Position numbers and translations under genes: made by a program. The notes beneath the pieces are model-generated. The model saw nothing but the letters and a program-made list of their open reading frames with translations. It searched no databases and had not been told where the DNA came from. DNA of 64,000 nucleotides from Thermodesulfobacteriota bacterium (GTDB lineage Bacteria > Desulfobacterota > Desulfobulbia > Desulfobulbales > SURF-16). The stretch covers positions 32,001 to 96,000 of the forward strand of contig JBFMAY010000005.1 in NCBI GenBank assembly GCA_040755455.1, read 5' to 3'. Shown piece by piece: positions 58,693-64,000 of the stretch (positions are counted from its first letter, which is position 1; every line of letters begins with the position of its first letter).

Positions 58693-60751
58693 CCGTTGAC
58701 TCCTGAAGCCTGGCCAGTCGCGCCAACGCATGGGTGTCAATGATCAGGGCCACCTCCCCGTTGCCGAGGATGGTGGAGCCGGAAAGACCTTCCGCGTTGC
58801 GGTAAGCCCAGCCCAGTGATTTGATGACCGTCTGGTGCCCGCCTACCACTTCATCAACCACCAGGCCGATCTGTTCCTCCCGCAGACGGACGATCACCAT
58901 CTGTTCCCGGCCCGGCCTGTTGCCAGGCACGGCAAAAAAATCACGCAGCCTCACATAGGGAAGAAGATGGTCACGCACGGCAAATACACGGCGGCCATGG
59001 AAACGGGCGATGTCAGCAGCAGTCAGTTCGACGCATTCCTCCACCTCGGACAGGGGCAGAACAAAATGGGTGTCGCCGGTGCGGACCAGCAGGCCGTCAA
59101 TAATCGCCATGGTCAGGGGCAGGGTAATGGTTACCGTGGTCCCCCTGTTTTTTTCGCTGTTGACATGGACCGATCCCCGCAGTTTCTCGATGGCATTTTT
59201 TACCACATCCATGCCCACCCCCCGTCCGGAAACGCAGCTTATCTGTTTGGCCGTGGAGACCCCGGCGGCAAAGATGAGAGAAAAAATCTCCTGCTCACTC
59301 AGCACTTCATCTTCGCTGATGATGCCTTTCTGCAGGGCCTTTCGGAGGATACTGTCGGCGTCAAGCCCCTTGCCGTCATCAAAGACAGTGATGACCACAT
59401 TGGCGCCGTTATGCACGGCGGACAAAAACAGGGTGCCGGAGCGGGGCTTGCCTGCCGCCTGGCGGTCATCCGGCGCTTCAATGCCGTGGTCGATGGAGTT
59501 TCTGATCAGATGGATGAGCGGATCATTGAGCTGCTCGATGACGGTCTTGTCCAGTTCCGTGTCCTCGCCCTCGGTTTTCATCTCCACCTCTTTGCCGAGT
59601 TCAGCGGAAAGGTCGCGTACCAGACGCTTGAAGCGGGTAAAGGTGCTGCCGATGGGCAGCATGCGGATGTTGAGCACCAGGTCGCGCAGTTCGGCGGTGA
59701 GATGCTCGATCTGCTCCACCGGTTCCAGCAGCGCAGCCTGCCGCAGGGCGGCGGCGACATCGGACAGCCTGGCCTGGGTGACCACCAGTTCCCCCACCAG
59801 GTTGATCAGGGTGTCAAGCTTGTCGGCGGCAACCCGGATGCTTTCCGCCCCCTTCATGGCTTGGGGTTCCGCGGTGTTTTTTTTCTTTGCGGCCTGCCCT
59901 GGTACAGTTTCCGCGTTGCGCGGAGCGGATGCTGCCGCGGGTTGTTGTGGTCCAGTCGGGGCTGGCGACGGAGTCTGGTCGGCCACCGCCAGCTCAGCGG
60001 CAAGTTGCTGATGATTTTTGTCGGTGGCCAGCGGGCTTATGGCAAGATTGGAGCTTGACTCGGCAAAGATGAAGGCATCACAGACGGCGTTGTGATCCCG
60101 GCCGGTGCTGAGCAGGATTTTCCAGGCAGGCCGCCCGGGCAGGCCGGCGTTGTCTTGGGCTCCCCGGACGAGCACGGTGCATTGTCCCATGGACTGTAAA
60201 TCCTGGAGTATCTGGCGGGGGTCTCCTCCGCCCTCGAAAAAGGCGGCTCCCGGTTTAAAATCGATGAGATAATGGCGCGTCTCGCTGCCGGAGGGCTCTT
60301 CTGTATCCCCTGGGGCGATGACCATCTCCTGCTGGGGGGCGCCCGCTGTTGCCTGTGCCGTGACCGGCTGGCTGCTGGTTACGGCTGCCAGATCATGGAT
60401 GATGGCATCAGCCCGTTGGGGATCGGGTTCGTCACCGCCAGCGGCCGCGTCCAGCAGGGCGGTGATGAAGTCCCGGGACTGCAGAATCAGATTGATCAGC
60501 TGACGGCTTACCGGCACGGCCCCGTCGCGCACCCGATCAAGGGTCGTTTCCACGTGATGGGTGAAATCGGCGATCCTGTCAAGGCCGAACATGGCCGCCG
60601 ATCCTTTGATGGTATGCATGCTGCGGAAGACCCTGCCGACCAGCTTGAGGTCTGCCGGGGCGTTTTCCAGTTCCAGCAGGGAGCCCTCCAGTTCTTCCAG
60701 GAGCTCCCGGGCCTCTTCCTGGAAAACCGCGAGAAAATCATTGTCTGCCAT
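58676..60751 (-). CDS. cheA: Chemotaxis histidine kinase
   Basis: Hpt FRSMHTIKG, LINLVGELV, HLIRNSIDHG, SGRGVGMD, C-terminal CheW domain. Confidence 0.96.
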   Translation of the reverse strand: MADNDFLAVFQEEARELLEELEGSLLELENAPADLKLVGRVFRSMHTIKGSAAMFGLDRIADFTHHVETTLDRVRDGAVPVSRQLINLILQSRDFITALLDAAAGGDEPDPQRADAIIHDLAAVTSSQPVTAQATAGAPQQEMVIAPGDTEEPSGSETRHYLIDFKPGAAFFEGGGDPRQILQDLQSMGQCTVLVRGAQDNAGLPGRPAWKILLSTGRDHNAVCDAFIFAESSSNLAISPLATDKNHQQLAAELAVADQTPSPAPTGPQQPAAASAPRNAETVPGQAAKKKNTAEPQAMKGAESIRVAADKLDTLINLVGELVVTQARLSDVAAALRQAALLEPVEQIEHLTAELRDLVLNIRMLPIGSTFTRFKRLVRDLSAELGKEVEMKTEGEDTELDKTVIEQLNDPLIHLIRNSIDHGIEAPDDRQAAGKPRSGTLFLSAVHNGANVVITVFDDGKGLDADSILRKALQKGIISEDEVLSEQEIFSLIFAAGVSTAKQISCVSGRGVGMDVVKNAIEKLRGSVHVNSEKNRGTTVTITLPLTMAIIDGLLVRTGDTHFVLPLSEVEECVELTAADIARFHGRRVFAVRDHLLPYVRLRDFFAVPGNRPGREQMVIVRLREEQIGLVVDEVVGGHQTVIKSLGWAYRNAEGLSGSTILGNGEVALIIDTHALARLARLQESTDVRRQ

Positions 60752-60759
60752 GAAAGCTC

Positions 60760-61299
60760 CTATTCAGCAGGTGGTTCCTCCGCCACCTGCTCCTCGGTGG
60801 TCAGTGCCCCTGATTGCACATCCCGCAAGGTTGCCTCTCCCTCGTTGGCCAATACCTTGTCAATGTCGAGGAGAATGAGAAACTTATCCTCATGGCGTCC
60901 CATGCCCTTGATGAAATCGGTATTGAGATTGGTGCCCATGCGGGGAACGGGCTCGATATTGGCCTGATCAAGCTCAAGAACCGCCTGCACCGCATCGGTC
61001 AGCACTCCCATGGGCACCGGCGCGGTTTCGGCCTCAACCACAATCTCCATGATCATGATGCAGGTGTTGATGGTTTTCTTGACCGGCTCCATGCCCAGCT
61101 TGAGCCCGAGATCCACCACCGGCACCACGTTGCCCCGCAGGTTGATGACGCCGCAGAGATAGGAAGGCATGCGCGGGATTCTGGTCAGGGTGGCCACATC
61201 GAGCACCTCCCGCACCTTGAAGATCTCCACGGCAAAATCCTCTTCGCGCAGGGTGAAGGAAAGATACTGGCTGCTGACAATTTCATTCTGTATGTCCAT
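60760..61299 (-). CDS. cheW: Chemotaxis coupling protein
   Basis: QYLSFTL, GVINLRGNVVPVVDL; GGAGG RBS. Confidence 0.95.
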   Translation of the reverse strand: MDIQNEIVSSQYLSFTLREEDFAVEIFKVREVLDVATLTRIPRMPSYLCGVINLRGNVVPVVDLGLKLGMEPVKKTINTCIMIMEIVVEAETAPVPMGVLTDAVQAVLELDQANIEPVPRMGTNLNTDFIKGMGRHEDKFLILLDIDKVLANEGEATLRDVQSGALTTEEQVAEEPPAE

Positions 61300-61309
61300 G
61301 GCCGCCTCC

Positions 61310-63415
61310 CTAATATCTTTCGAAATCGTCATCAGCTTCGCTCAGTTTTAGTTTAACCCCTTCACCTTGCTGGGAAGCGTCGGCCGCCTTTTTCTTCGGT
61401 TTGTGCACAGGCGGGGGCGGCAGCTTTTTTTCCGCCAGTGAGGAAGTTGCGCTGTGCCGTATCTGCGCGGAATATTCCCTGTTGATCCTGAAAAATGAGA
61501 TGGCCCGCATCAGTTCATTGGACTGGGCATTGAGTTCTTCCGCTGCGGCGGAAAGCTCCTCGGCGGCCGAACTGTTCTGTTGGATGACCTGATTGAGTTG
61601 TTCCACCGCCCTGCAGTTTTCCTGGACCCCCTTGGCCTGTTCCGCACTGGCCGCATCGATTTCCTCCACCAGATTGGCGGTTTTTTTGATCTGCGGCACC
61701 ATCTCCAGAATGACTTTTCCCGCATTGGCGGCGATTTCCACGCTGCTGCCGGCCACCCCTCTGATCTCCATGGCCGCTGTCTGGCTCCGTTCGGCAAGCT
61801 TGCGCACCTCGGCCGCCACCACGGCAAATCCTTTACCGTGTTCGCCGGCCCGGGCCGCTTCAATGGCGGCGTTCAAGGCCAGCAGGTTGGTCTGGCGGGA
61901 TATCTCTTCGATGATCTCGATTTTTTCGGCAATGGTCTGCATGGCCTTTTCCGTATCAGCCACGGCCTGGCCGCCCCTCTCCGCATCCTGGGCCGCCTTG
62001 TTGGCAATGGCCGCGGTCTGGCGGGCGCTGTCGGCGCTCTGGTCCACCGTGCTGGTCATTTCTTCCATGGAGGAGGAGATCTGTTCCACGGTGGCCGCCT
62101 GCTCGCTGGCCCCCTGGGACACGGTCTGCGAGGTGGCGCCCAGTTCGGTGCTGCCGGTTGTCACCTGGGCCGCGATTTCACGGATGGTCACCACCGTATC
62201 CTCCAGCCTGGTCACCATTTTGCGCATGGCATTGGCCAGGGCGCCGACCTCGTCGTTGCTCTCCAGGGTCATCTGCACGGTGAGGTCGCCGTCCGCCACC
62301 GATTCGGCGAATTTCACCCCGATGTTGAGCGGATCAATGATGGAGCGGGAGAGTTTGTAGAGAAAAACCGCCAGCACTGCGGCAGACAGCAGGAAGGTGA
62401 GCAGGGCGATGATGTTGGCCGAGGAGACCACGCTGGCCAGGCGTTTTTCCGCATCAGCCCGTTCGCTCTCCACGGAGACGGCATATTTATGCAGGGCTTC
62501 AGTGGCCTGGGTGCCGTATTGATCAAGCTCGTCGTCCATCTTGTTAAAGGCGGCCTCCATCTGTTTGAGCCGCACCGCGCTGTTTTCAATGAGCTCCTTC
62601 AGCTCCACCTTGATGCCCTTTTCCAGGGCAGGAAGGCCTTTGGTGATGTCGGCGATCATCTGGCGCTCATTTTGGTTGGCGGAAAAGGCCGCGAGCTTAT
62701 CCAGATCTGCGTAGAGAGCTTTGAAGTCTTTGTCAATAGCGGCCAGCCGGTCATCATGGATTTTGCCTTCATGCTTGTCAATGATGGAATCCATGGCGGC
62801 CAGCATCACCTCGAGCTGGGCCATGTGCATGTCTGTGACAAGCAGGATGGTCTCGGTGAGTTCATCGTGGTCCTTGCCCGTTGCAGCGGCCAGCCTGGCA
62901 TGGAGTGACTCGTCAAGCTTGACCAGATTGTCGCCCACCGCCTTGCCGTGTTCATCCAGGATGTCGTCAATATGGTCAAACTCTTTTTCAATGCGGGCCA
63001 TCTCGCTGCCCGAGGCCTCGATGAGTTCCTTGAGGTCCTTCTGGATGGCGGTGATCAGCTGCTCCATGTTGCCCACCATGGCGGTGGCCAGCTGTTTTTC
63101 CTCGGCATTGTCAGCAGCTTCCGTCAGAGCCGGCAGGTTGGTTTTCAAAAAGGCGGCGGAGCGGCTGATACTGTCCATGCGTTCCTTGTCGATTGAGCCG
63201 TGATCCCTGTCAATCAGGGAATCCATGGCAGCCAGCAGCAGTTCAAGGGTGCTCTTTTCCATCTCGTTGATGGTGCTTAATTGATGATTTCTCACCTGGC
63301 TGATCTGCATGGATGAGTTGACCGTGCGATTGGCAAAGAACATCACGCAAAAAAGAATCAGCAGGGCCAGAATGGAGATGCCTCCCGCCACACCAAGTTT
63401 TTTCGCTATTGTCAT
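61310..63415 (-). CDS. Transmembrane methyl-accepting chemotaxis protein with duplicated periplasmic helical sensor and C-terminal pentapeptide
   Basis: Two TMs, [31 protein letters not shown], ends DFERY; AGGAGG RBS. Confidence 0.95.
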   Translation of the reverse strand: MTIAKKLGVAGGISILALLILFCVMFFANRTVNSSMQISQVRNHQLSTINEMEKSTLELLLAAMDSLIDRDHGSIDKERMDSISRSAAFLKTNLPALTEAADNAEEKQLATAMVGNMEQLITAIQKDLKELIEASGSEMARIEKEFDHIDDILDEHGKAVGDNLVKLDESLHARLAAATGKDHDELTETILLVTDMHMAQLEVMLAAMDSIIDKHEGKIHDDRLAAIDKDFKALYADLDKLAAFSANQNERQMIADITKGLPALEKGIKVELKELIENSAVRLKQMEAAFNKMDDELDQYGTQATEALHKYAVSVESERADAEKRLASVVSSANIIALLTFLLSAAVLAVFLYKLSRSIIDPLNIGVKFAESVADGDLTVQMTLESNDEVGALANAMRKMVTRLEDTVVTIREIAAQVTTGSTELGATSQTVSQGASEQAATVEQISSSMEEMTSTVDQSADSARQTAAIANKAAQDAERGGQAVADTEKAMQTIAEKIEIIEEISRQTNLLALNAAIEAARAGEHGKGFAVVAAEVRKLAERSQTAAMEIRGVAGSSVEIAANAGKVILEMVPQIKKTANLVEEIDAASAEQAKGVQENCRAVEQLNQVIQQNSSAAEELSAAAEELNAQSNELMRAISFFRINREYSAQIRHSATSSLAEKKLPPPPVHKPKKKAADASQQGEGVKLKLSEADDDFERY

Positions 63416-63746
63416 GCTTTTCCTCCTAGTTAGGTGAAACAACGATTATGCAGCCGACTGAGAAATCTGATGATGTGATGAAGCTTTTTGCCGCCCGGGC
63501 CTTGCAAGCTAGCCGTTCCCTGCGGCGATCAGGACTCGTGAATGCCTCTGGTGGTCTGATTCGCTTTGCCGCATTGTTCCAACTCTTTCATTATATTCAT
63601 AGATTTTGGGGAAAGTGAATATAAAAATGTTGATGCGGCCAGGGAAGCAGGGGTGCTGCTGAGGGAGGATGAATTGGGTGAAACGGGCAGGGCGGTTTCA
63701 CATCCCGGGGCCAGGCATGATGCAGGCAGCATCCCTGCGGCAATGA

Positions 63747-64000
63747 TCACCTGATTTTGGCAAAGTGCGGGGATTTCAGGAGAAGGGCAAAGGGTAAAGT
63801 TGCCGGCCAGCCGGCAGGGGAGCCGGTCAGCTGAAAAAGATGATCGTTTACCACCGGGCATTTCACGGTGAGCAGAAAATAGATGGGCGCTTGCACCTCG
63901 GAGAGGGTTTCAAAGTTACCCTGTCCTTTGCTGATGATCAGATCGGCGGCATAAAACAGTTGGCGGAACTCCTCCGAGCAATGGGGCAGGGGGGTGCCCG
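63747..64000 (-). CDS. 3' end of DUF89/ARMT1-like damage-control phosphatase (partial, not in ORF track)
   Basis: Manual translation GTPLPHCSEEFRQLFYAADLIISKGQGNFETLSE...FLLTVKC; stop at 63747-63749. Confidence 0.85.
   Translation of the reverse strand, partial: GTPLPHCSEEFRQLFYAADLIISKGQGNFETLSEVQAPIYFLLTVKCPVVNDHLFQLTGSPAGWPATLPFALLLKSPHFAKIR

Noticed and set aside
63416..63620. c-di-GMP (GEMM) riboswitch or sigma28 promoter upstream of the chemotaxis cluster
   Set aside because: GGCAAA is present on the minus strand, but the GAAA-loop/GACGCAAAGC elements are not, and no correctly spaced sigma28 motif was found.
1..64000. DGR template repeat, reverse transcriptase or avd for the 20944-21081 region
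   Set aside because: By eye I found no second copy of the VR in the intergenic regions and no RT motifs among the ORFs. Any DGR core must be outside the window.

Overview
This is a gene-dense chromosomal segment from an anaerobic, GC-rich bacterium. The gene content (futalosine menaquinone pathway, class II RNR, selB, long HflX, hemerythrin chemoreceptor, DUF3334) suggests Desulfobacterota, which is an inference. Most of the window is housekeeping and signalling: ssb, an SplB-like radical SAM enzyme, two-component systems, nrdJ with an NrdR box, a TetR-mqnE-mqnC-deaminase-mqnA-menG-ubiX-ubiA operon, typA, uup, mrp, selB, hflX, ntrYX, a ClpX-like ATPase, hemB, several c-di-GMP genes and an mcp-cheWARDB cluster. 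The most unusual element is a KAP-family P-loop NTPase fused to a C-terminal FGE-sulfatase/C-type-lectin domain. Its last ~45 codons look like the variable region of a diversity-generating retroelement (DGR), but I found no template repeat or reverse transcriptase in the window. Other notable items are a Cys-rich IS200-TnpA-derived protein that lacks its catalytic helix and is embedded in the hflX-ntrYX operon, a probable ATA-initiated hflX with a coupling uORF, a MITE family whose related ends flank uup, REP pairs bracketed by 9-bp tandem repeats inside the mqn operon, and a structured leader ahead of an acidic repeat protein. No rRNA, tRNA or CRISPR array was seen.
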